A stretch of DNA of 64,000 bases from Alistipes sp. (GTDB lineage Bacteria; Bacteroidota; Bacteroidia; Bacteroidales; Rikenellaceae). Positions 1 to 9,292 of the stretch are shown one piece after another. Each line of letters opens with the position of its first letter. Position 1 is the first letter of the stretch. The notes beneath the pieces were generated by a model. That model searched no databases. It saw only the letters and a program-made list of their open reading frames with translations, and had not been told where the DNA came from. The DNA is taken from positions 34,837 to 98,836 of the forward strand of contig JAGBEH010000005.1 in assembly GCA_017937125.1 (NCBI GenBank), written 5' to 3'. Both the position numbers and the translations under genes were made by a program.

Positions 1-2481
1 GTCGGTAATGGGCGCCGATATCAAAGCATATCCCGCCTGGCTCTCGCCGTCGAACGTGTAGTTCATCAGTTTTGTCGAGATCTTGTCGAAATAGTAGTAG
101 TTCGCAACCTGCTGGTTACCGAGCGAACCGTACGAGAAACGGATTTTGGCGTTGTTCCAGACGTCGTTTATCTTCGAGTCTTTCCAGAAGCTCTCTTCGG
201 AGATGCGCCAGCCTGCCGATGCCGAGGGGAAGAAGCCCCAGCGATGACCGGGCGAGAAACGCGACGAACCGTCGTAACGTCCCGATACTTCGAAGAGATA
301 TTTGCCCTTGTAGTCATAGTTCACGCGGGCGAAGAAGCCGAGCGTGCGATATGCCGAGTTGGCCTCCTCTGCTTTTTCGATTTCGCCCTGCGCCATATTT
401 ATGAAGCTGAGGTTTTCGCTGAGCGACCCCTTCTGACGGACCGACAGCGACGACTGGCGATAATCCTCGAAGTTGCCGCCGACCGTGGCCGCGAAGTTAT
501 GGTCTCCCCACGAGTGGTCGTATTGGAAATATACGTTCGCGACGTGTCCGTTGTAGTAGAGACGGTCCTCCTGATAGAAATCGTAGATCGAGCCGTTCGA
601 GAAGTTGCCTCCCGTGAGGCCGTTGCCTATGTACATACGTTTGTTTACGTTGTCGTACGAATTGGCCGTCGGCAGCGAACGGTATGTGCCCAGTCTGTCG
701 CGGCGACGATAGGTGTAATCCGCGATGAGCTTGAGATCCTTGTTCGGCAGAAGGTCGAACGTCAGCTTGTTCGAGACGATCCAGTAGTTGTTCTTGCGCG
801 CATTCTTGTTGCGGTCGTCCATCCATACGCCCGCACGTCCCGAACCCAACGGCGACGTGGCGTCCGCCATAAAGCCCGGTACCATATTTATCGTGCCGTC
901 GGGGTTGAACGGAACGTATGTGGGCGAGATGTTCTGGGTTACGTTCCAGAGAATACCCGACGACATCAAGCCTTCCGAACCGTCCTGCTCCCAGTAACCG
1001 CCGTATTTGTAACTCGATGCTTCGAAGCTTACGTTGCCCGAATACGTGAGCCATTTGGTTACCTTGGCGTTTATCTTCGAGCGCAGCGAGTAGCCGTTGT
1101 ACTTGTCTTCGGCACCTCCGTTGAAAAGACCTTCGCGATAGAGATAACGGCCGCTGACGTAGTAGTCCACCTTTTCATTGCCGCCCGATAAGGATATGTT
1201 GTGCTCCGTTTCGGAACGTTCGCGCTTGAAGAAGTAGCCGTACCAGTCGTAGTTGCCCAGGTAGACGTTCGAGTATTTGCCCGTAGTGTCTTCCACGACC
1301 CACGGACGTGCGGCGTTCTCTTTGGTGTCGTAGCGGCGTTCCTTGAGCATCGCCATCTGTTCGTCGGTGTATGTCCACGCATTGTGGCCGCGAGATGAGT
1401 TGTAGAACTCGTTGGTGAAGTTTACATAGTCGTAGCCCGACGTTATGAAGTCGGTCGAGGTGGTGTTCCACGATACGCCGTAACGGCCGTTGTAGTTCAC
1501 CTTCAGACGATCGGCGCTGCCTTTCTTCGTGGTTATGAGCACGACGCCCGCCGATGCCTTGGCACCGTATATCGAAGCGGAGGATGCGTCCTTGAGGACG
1601 GATACCGACTCGATGTCGTTGGGGTTCACCTGCGCGAGGTCGGCCTCGACGCCGTCTACCAGAATCAGCGGGTCGCCGCTGTTGAGCGAAACGGAACCGC
1701 GAATGGATACCGAGTAGTTCTTGCTCTCGATGGAGCCGCTGCCCATAGTCAGCAACAGCGAGGGATCGGCTCCCTGCAATGCGGCTGCGGCATTGGTTAC
1801 CGGTCGGTTGTTGAGGTCTTTACCGTCGATGACGCCTACGGCGCCCGTCACATTGACCTTCTTCTGCTGGCCGTAACCGACGATTACCACCTCGTCGATG
1901 CCCGTCGTCGCTTCGGTGAGCGTTACGGTAAGCGGATTGTAGGTGGCGACATTCACGCTGGCGTCGGCATAGCCGATGAACGAGATGTTCAGCACTGCCG
2001 GCAGCTTGACGTTCGTCAGCTCGAACGATCCGTCCGTTGCCGTGGTCGTACCGATAAGGGTTTTATCGACGACGACCGTAGCTCCCGCCACGGGCAGGCC
2101 TGCCGAATCTTTCACGATACCCTTAATCGCTTCAATTGCAGTATTTTTGAGGGGGGGGGTAGCCGCGGCCTTCACAACCGAAACATTGCGTCCGTTGATT
2201 GTGTAGGCTACCTGCTGGCCGCTGAAAATGCGGTCGAGCACCTCCTCGATCGATGCGTTGCGGACAGAAACGTTCACCGTACGCATCATGTCGATGCCCT
2301 CAGACTGAATAACTACCGAGTAGTTTTCCTGCTGGTTGAGGGCTGCGACAGCTTCCTTGACCGTTACGTTCGAAAGTTGCAGATCGATTTTCTGCGCCAT
2401 ACCCGCCGTCGGCAGGAACAGGGCGAAAACGAAGAACAACCGTGCTGCGAACCATAGAGGCCGATGTAAAGTTCTCTTCAT
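1..2481 (-). CDS. SusC/RagA-family TonB-dependent transporter with N-terminal STN signalling domain (5' part; runs off the left edge)
   Basis: Manual translation from ATG 2481 gives signal peptide MKRTLHRPLWFAARLFFVFALFLPTAGMA, an STN-like domain, then KGIVKDSAGLPVAGATV, VVIVGYGQQKKVNVTGA and NPNDIESVSVLKDASSASIYGAKASAGVVLITTKKG (typical SusC plug motifs). It is absent from the ORF track because no stop lies in the window. Confidence 0.95.
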   Translation of the reverse strand, partial: MKRTLHRPLWFAARLFFVFALFLPTAGMAQKIDLQLSNVTVKEAVAALNQQENYSVVIQSEGIDMMRTVNVSVRNASIEEVLDRIFSGQQVAYTINGRNVSVVKAAATPPLKNTAIEAIKGIVKDSAGLPVAGATVVVDKTLIGTTTATDGSFELTNVKLPAVLNISFIGYADASVNVATYNPLTVTLTEATTGIDEVVIVGYGQQKKVNVTGAVGVIDGKDLNNRPVTNAAAALQGADPSLLLTMGSGSIESKNYSVSIRGSVSLNSGDPLILVDGVEADLAQVNPNDIESVSVLKDASSASIYGAKASAGVVLITTKKGSADRLKVNYNGRYGVSWNTTSTDFITSGYDYVNFTNEFYNSSRGHNAWTYTDEQMAMLKERRYDTKENAARPWVVEDTTGKYSNVYLGNYDWYGYFFKRERSETEHNISLSGGNEKVDYYVSGRYLYREGLFNGGAEDKYNGYSLRSKINAKVTKWLTYSGNVSFEASSYKYGGYWEQDGSEGLMSSGILWNVTQNISPTYVPFNPDGTINMVPGFMADATSPLGSGRAGVWMDDRNKNARKNNYWIVSNKLTFDLLPNKDLKLIADYTYRRRDRLGTYRSLPTANSYDNVNKRMYIGNGLTGGNFSNGSIYDFYQEDRLYYNGHVANVYFQYDHSWGDHNFAATVGGNFEDYRQSSLSVRQKGSLSENLSFINMAQGEIEKAEEANSAYRTLGFFARVNYDYKGKYLFEVSGRYDGSSRFSPGHRWGFFPSASAGWRISEESFWKDSKINDVWNNAKIRFSYGSLGNQQVANYYYFDKISTKLMNYTFDGESQAGYALISAPITD
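2151..2159. repeat. G9 homopolymer (C9 on the coding strand) inside the SusC ORF, currently in frame
   Basis: Sequence ga-GGGGGGGGG-t. The coding strand reads ACC CCC CCC CTC (T-P-P-L) in the linker after the STN domain. Confidence 0.95.
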
Positions 2482-2514
2482 AGGTTTTTGTTTTTAATTA
2501 GGTTTTGGTCGATT

Positions 2515-3504
2515 TTATTGCTTGCGTCGAATGTATATTATGCCGTCGCGTTCGTTCACCCTGATCGATTTGTTCATCGTGAAGACCTTCATAACATCCG
2601 ACAGCGATTCGGTTCCCGACAGGAATACGTGGAAGCGGATCGACAGCAGATTGGGGTCGGTGATGACGATCTGGCGGTTGAAGCGGCGCGAAAGTTGGGT
2701 GGCTATGTTGCCCAGCGACTCGTTGAAGAAGTAGATGCTGCCGTCGCGGGCCCAGGAGTGGTAGTTGTCGCCGTTGAAGCGGCTTTGTTCGAGATTGCCC
2801 GACATACGGTTGTAACGTACTATGTCGTTGGGCGTCATCATTATGTGGCCGACATATTTGGGACTGTCGATGTCGAAGCGTACGCTGCCTTCGACCAGCA
2901 TAAGCTCTATCTCCTTGTCGTTGTTGTAGGCGCGGAGCCCGAAGGTCGTGCCGAGCACGCGGATGTCGGCATCGCCCGCCGAAACGATGAACGGGTGTTC
3001 GGCATCGTGCGCCACTTCGGCGTAGACTTCGCCGTCTACGAAAATCTTGCGCTCGGGGCCGTTGAATGCTGTCGGATATATTACCCGGGTGCCGGCTCCG
3101 AGCCACAGCTGCGTGCCGTCCGACAGTGCCAGCTGGCGGCGTTCGCCGCAGGGCACCGATACCTGCGTCCACTCGGGGCGGTTGGTGCGTATGTCGGAGA
3201 TGTAGAGCAGCGAGGCCGCCACGGTGATGAGCGGTATGACGATTGCGGCTGCTACGGCGCGGCGGAATGCCTTGCGCCATACTATTTGCGAAGAACGGCG
3301 GCCGAAGAGACGCTCGTGGGTCTTTTTGAGGGCCTGTTCCGTGTTCGCCGAGTATGATGATGTGCGTTCCCAAAGGTCGGTCAGCGCCTCTTCCTTCTTC
3401 TCGGCATCCGCGGGCGACGAGAGCCACTGCGCGAAGAGTTTGCGTATGACGGACGGTTGGTCGCGTTCGGCGAAATTGTCGATAATCCGTTTTTGTTTGG
3501 TCAT
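2515..3504 (-). CDS. FecR-family anti-sigma factor
   Basis: Single TM helix (AAAIVIPLITVAASLLYI), LSDGTQLWLGAGT and VDGEVYAEVAHDAEHPFIV FecR motifs; lies between the ECF sigma and SusC genes. Confidence 0.93.
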   Translation of the reverse strand: MTKQKRIIDNFAERDQPSVIRKLFAQWLSSPADAEKKEEALTDLWERTSSYSANTEQALKKTHERLFGRRSSQIVWRKAFRRAVAAAIVIPLITVAASLLYISDIRTNRPEWTQVSVPCGERRQLALSDGTQLWLGAGTRVIYPTAFNGPERKIFVDGEVYAEVAHDAEHPFIVSAGDADIRVLGTTFGLRAYNNDKEIELMLVEGSVRFDIDSPKYVGHIMMTPNDIVRYNRMSGNLEQSRFNGDNYHSWARDGSIYFFNESLGNIATQLSRRFNRQIVITDPNLLSIRFHVFLSGTESLSDVMKVFTMNKSIRVNERDGIIYIRRKQ

Positions 3505-3525
3505 AGTGCGGTGTCGCTTTTATTA

Positions 3526-3554
3526 TTATGACGTAAAAAAAGCGCTTTGCACCC
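3526..3554 (-). promoter_or_regulatory. Candidate ECF-sigma promoter for fecR-susC (GGGTG-N16-CGTC)
   Basis: The minus strand reads GGGTG caaagcgcttttttta CGTC ataat just upstream of fecR. This resembles ECF -35/-10 spacing; the assignment is inference only. Confidence 0.3.
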
Positions 3555-3580
3555 AAGCGGATTGTAAAATTTTTCGAAAT

Positions 3581-4135
3581 TTACAGCGAGAAGAACACCA
3601 ATACCGACAAAGTGCTGACGATTTTGCGCAAATCGCGCGTTGCCAGATTGATCTGGTTTTCGACGGTCTTTTTGGATATGCCGAGTGTCTCGGCGATCTC
3701 TTCGTTGGACATTCCCTCGAAACGGCTCATACGGAATATCTCGCGTCGGCGTTCGGGGAAATTCTCGACGGCCATACGTATAAGCAGCTCTTTTTCAAGG
3801 GCGAAATAGCGTTCGTCGAGAAGGTCGCCGTCCGCCAGTTCCGAAATTTCCGACGACATAGTGCGGCTCGTATCGTGCGAGCGGCGCATATAGTCTATCA
3901 CGGCGTTGCGTGCAGACGTATATATGTATGAGTTCAAATAACGCACTTCGCCGAGGGCGTGCCGCGAGTTCCACAGATTGACGAATACGTCCTGCGTAAG
4001 GTCCTCGGCTACGGAATTCTGCTTCACCAGCGAACGGATGAAGTTGCTGACCGGACCGTAGTATTGGCGGAATAGTGCGTCGAATGCCTCCTGACTGCCT
4101 TCGGCCACCGATGCCGCAAGTTTCGTATCGTCCAT
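3581..4135 (-). CDS. ECF RNA polymerase sigma-70 factor (FecI-like, Bacteroidota PUL type)
   Basis: AEDLTQDVFVNLW (region 2) and RREIFRMSRFEGMSNEEIAETLGISKKTVENQI (region 4); adjacent to fecR. Confidence 0.95.
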   Translation of the reverse strand: MDDTKLAASVAEGSQEAFDALFRQYYGPVSNFIRSLVKQNSVAEDLTQDVFVNLWNSRHALGEVRYLNSYIYTSARNAVIDYMRRSHDTSRTMSSEISELADGDLLDERYFALEKELLIRMAVENFPERRREIFRMSRFEGMSNEEIAETLGISKKTVENQINLATRDLRKIVSTLSVLVFFSL

Positions 4136-4261
4136 ATCGTCGTTCGGTTGTAGTTGGGAATACTAAATTATGCATTATTTCCGAATTTTCAAAAATTGCG
4201 GGGTCTATTTTGTAAATTTTACGAACGCCGTCATCCCGCGAAATCCGTAACCGCATAACAA

Positions 4262-4288
4262 TTAAGGCCGATCGTCGATCGGCCTTAA
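4262..4288. terminator. Perfect 13-bp inverted repeat, probable terminator after the DeoR gene
   Basis: TTAAGGCCGATCG-T-CGATCGGCCTTAA. Confidence 0.6.
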
Positions 4289-4313
4289 AATGTTTTTTTG
4301 CGGATATGTCGGG

Positions 4314-5090
4314 TTATTCCGCTATGATGAGCTCGACACCCGCTTCGGTGATGAGTTTTTTCATCTGGGGGGCGATGCCGTTGTCGGTGATTATCACATC
4401 TACGTCCTCCAGTGCGTTTATGCGCCCGAACCCGTGCTGCCCGAATTTCGAGGAGTCGGCCAGAACGACCGTCTTCGACGTCACGTTCATCATCTTGCGC
4501 GAGAGCAACGCCTCTTCGATTGTGGAGGTGGTGATTCCGTAGTCGGGGTCTATGCCGTCCACGCCGAGGAAGAACTTCGAACATACCATATCCGTGAGCG
4601 ATGCGGTGGCGCCTTCTCCCAGCGTCGCGCAAGATTTCTTATGTATCTTTCCGCCGAGCTGTTCTACGCGGACGTTGTCCAGTTCGTTGAGCAGTACCGA
4701 TACCTTCAGGAACGGCGTCACTACGTTCAGGGAGCGCTGCGGCATCTGGTCGTGGATGACTTCGGCCAGGGCGAATGTCGTGGAGCCCGCCGAGAGCATT
4801 ATCGCGTCGTTGTCCTCGATGAGTTCGGCGGCGCGTTTGGCTATAAGCATCTTGGCTTCGCGATTGAGACTGCTTTTGAGGTTCAGGTCGCGGTCCGCGA
4901 CGTGAGGATTGACGGGGCGGGCGCTTCCGTGCACCTTGTAAAGCAGGCCTCGGCTTTCGAGGATCTTGATGTCCTTGCGGACGGTGACTTTCGTCACTTT
5001 CAGCTCTTCGGCTATGTCGGCTATGCGTATGAAGCCGTATTTTTCGAGGCTGTCGAGAATGTATTTGTGTCTTTCGGCAATACTTAACAT
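4314..5090 (-). CDS. DeoR/GlpR-family transcriptional regulator
   Basis: Start moved to MLSIAERHKYIL; HTH IAEELKVTKVTVRKDIKILE; sensor-domain motifs LSAGSTT, FLGVDGID and VLADSSKFG. Confidence 0.93.
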   Translation of the reverse strand: MLSIAERHKYILDSLEKYGFIRIADIAEELKVTKVTVRKDIKILESRGLLYKVHGSARPVNPHVADRDLNLKSSLNREAKMLIAKRAAELIEDNDAIMLSAGSTTFALAEVIHDQMPQRSLNVVTPFLKVSVLLNELDNVRVEQLGGKIHKKSCATLGEGATASLTDMVCSKFFLGVDGIDPDYGITTSTIEEALLSRKMMNVTSKTVVLADSSKFGQHGFGRINALEDVDVIITDNGIAPQMKKLITEAGVELIIAE

Positions 5091-5196
5091 CGTATGGCTG
5101 TTTATTTGTTCATAAATCGGGAAATGTATTATTTTCAACGGGATGATACCTCAGTCCGAAGCGGCGGCGATTCCCTTGCCCGAGCAAAAATAATTA

Positions 5197-6522
5197 TTAT
5201 TTCGTGTTTTGCAAAACTTCGGTCCAAAATTGTTTGACGTCTTTCCAGCGATAATACGGAGCCGTGGCGGATGCTACGGGTATGCGCACTTCGTGCTCGT
5301 TGAGTATAATCTTCACGAGAATATCGTCCGAAGCCGCCGACCGGTAAAACACCGCCTGCAAGTTCGCGGCCATAGGCGTAATGCGGTAATTCACCCACGA
5401 TTCCTCGATTTTGTCGTCGTCGGCGACCCGTTCGGCGCATCCGTATATCTGCATCAGGGCCGTCATCGCCATAAGCGACGTGTCGTGCCCGAAACGCAGC
5501 GATGCGGAGGGCTGCCCTGCGGCGAGCGCATGGTCAGTCTCTTCGATGAATACCCTCAACATATTCTTGGCTTCGCCCAGAATCGTATTCCCGTAGCGAG
5601 CCGAAGGTCCGAAACGGTGATACTCGTCGAAGTTCATATACCGCCAAAGGCCGTACAGTTCTTCGGTCGTGAACAGATCGCCGAGCGTGACATCGTCTAT
5701 GTCGAGTCCTTGCAGCGATACGGCGTTGAGCATAAGTTTGCGGGTGAAATCGTATGCGTCGAACCTGCCTTCCGCATAATCGGGCTTGGTGAACAGCAGC
5801 CCCGTAATTCGTGCGGGGTCGATGTTGCGCCGCATAAATTCGTTGCGCAGGGCAGCCCACTCGGGATCCGTGTTCCTGATTATGCCTTGCGCCTTTTCCG
5901 AGAGCAGCGGATTGAAATCCTTGCGGAAACAGTGCAGTTTGTACATATGCGCCGCCGATGCGTCGCGTGTGATTTCCAGAGACGGATTGTGCTCTTTCAA
6001 CGCATCGCACGCAGCCGCCATACTCAACAGGCAGCGCGGTACGACGGACGACCACACCGTGATTTTCGTACCGCGGCGTTTGAAGATCTCGGGGAAGTTG
6101 TCGGCCATACGCGCCGCTATTTCGCGGTGCTGGCGTGCCCCGAGCTGCGTAAGTTCGCCCGCGCGGTTTTTGGCGACGGAATATATGCGCTGCATACGTG
6201 TGCGGACATCCTTGCCCAGCGGCGTGAGTTTGCCTGCATAGTACGCCTTGTCCAGAATCTCTACGGGGTCGTCGTACTCGTCGTTCAGCAGCAGGTAGCG
6301 CGACCCGTGACGCCCGTAATGCGTGAGATAGAAGGGCTTGTAGCCTTTGGGCGCGGGCGTTAGCGTCTCTTCGGGTGCGGGATAGGCGAGGTAAACGCCT
6401 CCCGCCTTGTTTATGTCCGCCTCGATCTCCTGCTTTGCGTTTTGGGCGGCGGCGCGGAAGGTCGGCAGTGTCGTCATTGCCGCCGACAGCAGCAGGACGA
6501 CGGTTAGGTAAGCTCTTTTCAT
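5197..6522 (-). CDS. Secreted histidine acid phosphatase (MINPP/phytase-like)
   Basis: Signal peptide, RHGSRY catalytic motif and LRFGHDT (HD) motif. Confidence 0.88.
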   Translation of the reverse strand: MKRAYLTVVLLLSAAMTTLPTFRAAAQNAKQEIEADINKAGGVYLAYPAPEETLTPAPKGYKPFYLTHYGRHGSRYLLLNDEYDDPVEILDKAYYAGKLTPLGKDVRTRMQRIYSVAKNRAGELTQLGARQHREIAARMADNFPEIFKRRGTKITVWSSVVPRCLLSMAAACDALKEHNPSLEITRDASAAHMYKLHCFRKDFNPLLSEKAQGIIRNTDPEWAALRNEFMRRNIDPARITGLLFTKPDYAEGRFDAYDFTRKLMLNAVSLQGLDIDDVTLGDLFTTEELYGLWRYMNFDEYHRFGPSARYGNTILGEAKNMLRVFIEETDHALAAGQPSASLRFGHDTSLMAMTALMQIYGCAERVADDDKIEESWVNYRITPMAANLQAVFYRSAASDDILVKIILNEHEVRIPVASATAPYYRWKDVKQFWTEVLQNTK

Positions 6523-6534
6523 ATCGTATGTTCG

Positions 6535-7896
6535 TTATCGCAGATAGGCTCCCGTTTCCTTGAGCTCTCTACGCAGTTTGTCGGTATCTGTTTGCGAGAC
6601 GGCGACGTTGTCGCGCACGGCGAGTTTGGCCGCGCGCCCCGCCGCTTCGCCCATAGCCATACAGGTGGACATCACGCGTGTGGATGCCATAGCCTCGTGC
6701 GTGGCCGATGCGCAGCGTCCCGCGACGAGGAGGTTCTCGACATTCGCGGGTACCAGCGAACGGAAGGGTATGTCGTAGCAGTCCTCGCACCAGTAGAGCG
6801 TGCAGTCGCCGCCTACGGCGTGATGAATGTCTACGGGGTAGCTCGCGACGGCTACGGCGTCGTCGAAACGGCGGCACGAAAGAATATCTTCGGCCGTGAG
6901 TACGTATTTGCCGACCGTTACGCGGCTCTCGCGAATGCCCGTAAACGGAGCGACCTTGTCCATATGCGCATCGGCGAAGCCCGGAACGAAGCGGCGCAGA
7001 TAACGCTCGATGTCATAGATCTGTTTGCGTGCCGTCAGCTCGCCGCGGGTGTAGCTCTCGGGACGGGTGGAGTCCACGCCGTTCACGCGCGACATATTCA
7101 CCCATATCTCGTCGTCGGCCATACCCGTGATAAGTATCGTGCGCGCCACCGGAATATCTATACCCTCCTTGCGGGCCTCCTCTATCTTGCGGCGCAGTCC
7201 CACGGTGATGAATTTGCCCGTGCGGAACTGCTCGGCCGGCATAGTGTCCATATCGTAAATGTCGGGGTGTTCCACTATGGCATCGCGCAGCGCCTGCACA
7301 TCGACGCCCTTCATCGAGAACATCAGCGTCGGCGGCTGCATACCTCCGTCGGCATCGCCCTTGCGGCACTCTACGCCCGCACGGAATGCTATGTCGCCGT
7401 CGCCCGTGCAGTCTATGACCGTCTTGGCGAGTATGGCCTCGCGTCCCGCCTTGCTCTCGATGATTACGCCGCGTACGGCATCCCCCTCCTTTACGACATC
7501 CGCGCAGAACGCATACATAAGTATCTCGACACCTGCCTCTTCGAGCATTTCGAGGGCCGTGCTTTTGGCCTGTTCGGGATCGATTATCGTAAGGCTCACG
7601 TGCAATGCGCAGGGACGGTGTTCGCTCGCCGCGCCTTTCGCCCGCAGGCGGTCGATGAACTTCTGAGGCAGCCCCTTTATTATCTGATTGCCCTTGCGGC
7701 CCAAAAATCCGAGTATCGGCAGTCCTATGGCGAGGTTGCCGCCTACGAAACCGCGGCTCTCCACCAGCATGACTTTCAGTCCGTCTTCGGCGGCGGCCAA
7801 AGCTGCCATAATCCCTGCGGGACCTCCTCCGACGACGAGGATATCGACTTCATTGCGCACGGCGATCTCGCGTGCGGGTTCTTTTACTGTTTTCAT
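6535..7896 (-). CDS. Cytoplasmic FAD-dependent oxidoreductase (FAD_oxidored/PF12831-like), substrate unknown
   Basis: Rossmann motif DILVVGGGPAG, VIDCTGDGD, GIRESR, and YDIPFRSLVP...NLLVAGRC...MAMGEAAG; no signal peptide. Confidence 0.9.
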   Translation of the reverse strand: MKTVKEPAREIAVRNEVDILVVGGGPAGIMAALAAAEDGLKVMLVESRGFVGGNLAIGLPILGFLGRKGNQIIKGLPQKFIDRLRAKGAASEHRPCALHVSLTIIDPEQAKSTALEMLEEAGVEILMYAFCADVVKEGDAVRGVIIESKAGREAILAKTVIDCTGDGDIAFRAGVECRKGDADGGMQPPTLMFSMKGVDVQALRDAIVEHPDIYDMDTMPAEQFRTGKFITVGLRRKIEEARKEGIDIPVARTILITGMADDEIWVNMSRVNGVDSTRPESYTRGELTARKQIYDIERYLRRFVPGFADAHMDKVAPFTGIRESRVTVGKYVLTAEDILSCRRFDDAVAVASYPVDIHHAVGGDCTLYWCEDCYDIPFRSLVPANVENLLVAGRCASATHEAMASTRVMSTCMAMGEAAGRAAKLAVRDNVAVSQTDTDKLRRELKETGAYLR

Positions 7897-7908
7897 AGGC
7901 TGTATCGG

Positions 7909-9213
7909 TTATTTTACGGTTTCGGGTGTTTCGGGACGCATCATTTTCCACAGCACCAGTGCGGCGAAGATGTGGAGCGTGGCCATAATGCAGAAAAGCA
8001 CGGTCCACATATCGGATGGTATCGAGCCGGTGAATCGGTTGAATATCACGCTGCCCAAGGCTCCCGCGCCGCACCCTATGCCCATAACGGTTGCGATGTT
8101 GCGTACGGGGAATATCTCGGCCATAACGACGGGTACGGTGTAGAGCCAGCTCAGGCACATTACGGCTATGAGGCTGAATACGGCCGTCACCAGACCTATT
8201 TTCCATACGAACGGGAGCGATGCGGCGCCGCCGATGAACGGAACCGTCGCGCATAGGGGCGCGAAGGCCACGAGGGCGATGAGCGTCAGTTTGCGTGCCG
8301 CGAGCGGGCTCTTGCCGCGGCGGATGAGTGCGTCCGACCATATGGAGGTGAGGATGCCGCCTATGGCGCCTATCAGGAATGGGATGCCGCCGATCCATTG
8401 TATCATATCGAGCGTCTGTTCGTTCGAGAGGTTCTGCGCGGCGCCCATATCGCGCAAATACCCTGGCAGCCAGAAACAGCAGAAATACCATACGGGGTCG
8501 CTTATCAGGCGTATGAGCACCATACCCCACAGCGAACGGGTGCGCAGCAGCCCGCCGAACGAGAACGACGGACGTTCGCTCCCGTTGTCGGAGCGGCTGT
8601 CGGCATTTACCGTGCGGTCGAGCACTTCGGCCGACGGCGTTTTGTAAATGAATATCCACAGCAGCGCAATCGCAAGCCCCGTGAAGCCCGCCACCATAAA
8701 TACCTCCTGCCAGTCGGACAGCAGCCGCATAAGCCACGCGATGACCAAAGGTGCTATGACGGCGCCGAGCGAGCCGCCGACGGTGCAGAGGCTGTTGGCC
8801 GTGGCCCTCTGACGGCGTTCGAACCAGAGGGTCACGACTACTATCTGTCCTGCGAATATCGTAGGTTCGGCCAGCCCGAGCAGCCCGCGGCAGACGGCGA
8901 ATGCAAGGGCGCTGTCGGCCAGTCCTCCGCCGATGCAGGCGAGCGACCAGACCGTGATTCCGCCGAGCATCACCTTTTTCGGGCCGAAGCGATCGACCAG
9001 AATGCCCGAGACGGGATACATTACGGCGTAACATATCAGGAACGCATTGACTATCCATGCATACATAAGGTCGTCGATAGAGAAATGTTCCAGAATCTCG
9101 GGCTTGAGAATCGACAGCAGCTGCCTGTCGAGGTAGTTGCATATGATGGCTGCGAATATCGTGGCCACGATGGCCCATTTGCGTTTTTCGGGGTTTTTCA
9201 GGATGTCGAACAT
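7909..9213 (-). CDS. MFS transporter (ExuT/ACS-like sugar-acid or organic anion family)
   Basis: About 12 hydrophobic segments, NYLDRQLLS, GILVDRFGPK and RGLLGLAE; start moved to ATG 9213. Confidence 0.9.
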   Translation of the reverse strand: MFDILKNPEKRKWAIVATIFAAIICNYLDRQLLSILKPEILEHFSIDDLMYAWIVNAFLICYAVMYPVSGILVDRFGPKKVMLGGITVWSLACIGGGLADSALAFAVCRGLLGLAEPTIFAGQIVVVTLWFERRQRATANSLCTVGGSLGAVIAPLVIAWLMRLLSDWQEVFMVAGFTGLAIALLWIFIYKTPSAEVLDRTVNADSRSDNGSERPSFSFGGLLRTRSLWGMVLIRLISDPVWYFCCFWLPGYLRDMGAAQNLSNEQTLDMIQWIGGIPFLIGAIGGILTSIWSDALIRRGKSPLAARKLTLIALVAFAPLCATVPFIGGAASLPFVWKIGLVTAVFSLIAVMCLSWLYTVPVVMAEIFPVRNIATVMGIGCGAGALGSVIFNRFTGSIPSDMWTVLFCIMATLHIFAALVLWKMMRPETPETVK

Positions 9214-9292
9214 AGGTTTGGGCACTACGGTTTTTCAGTCGGTTGTAATATTAGGCGGGCGGATGATCGGTCGGCTCGGGCCGACCGTCGCG

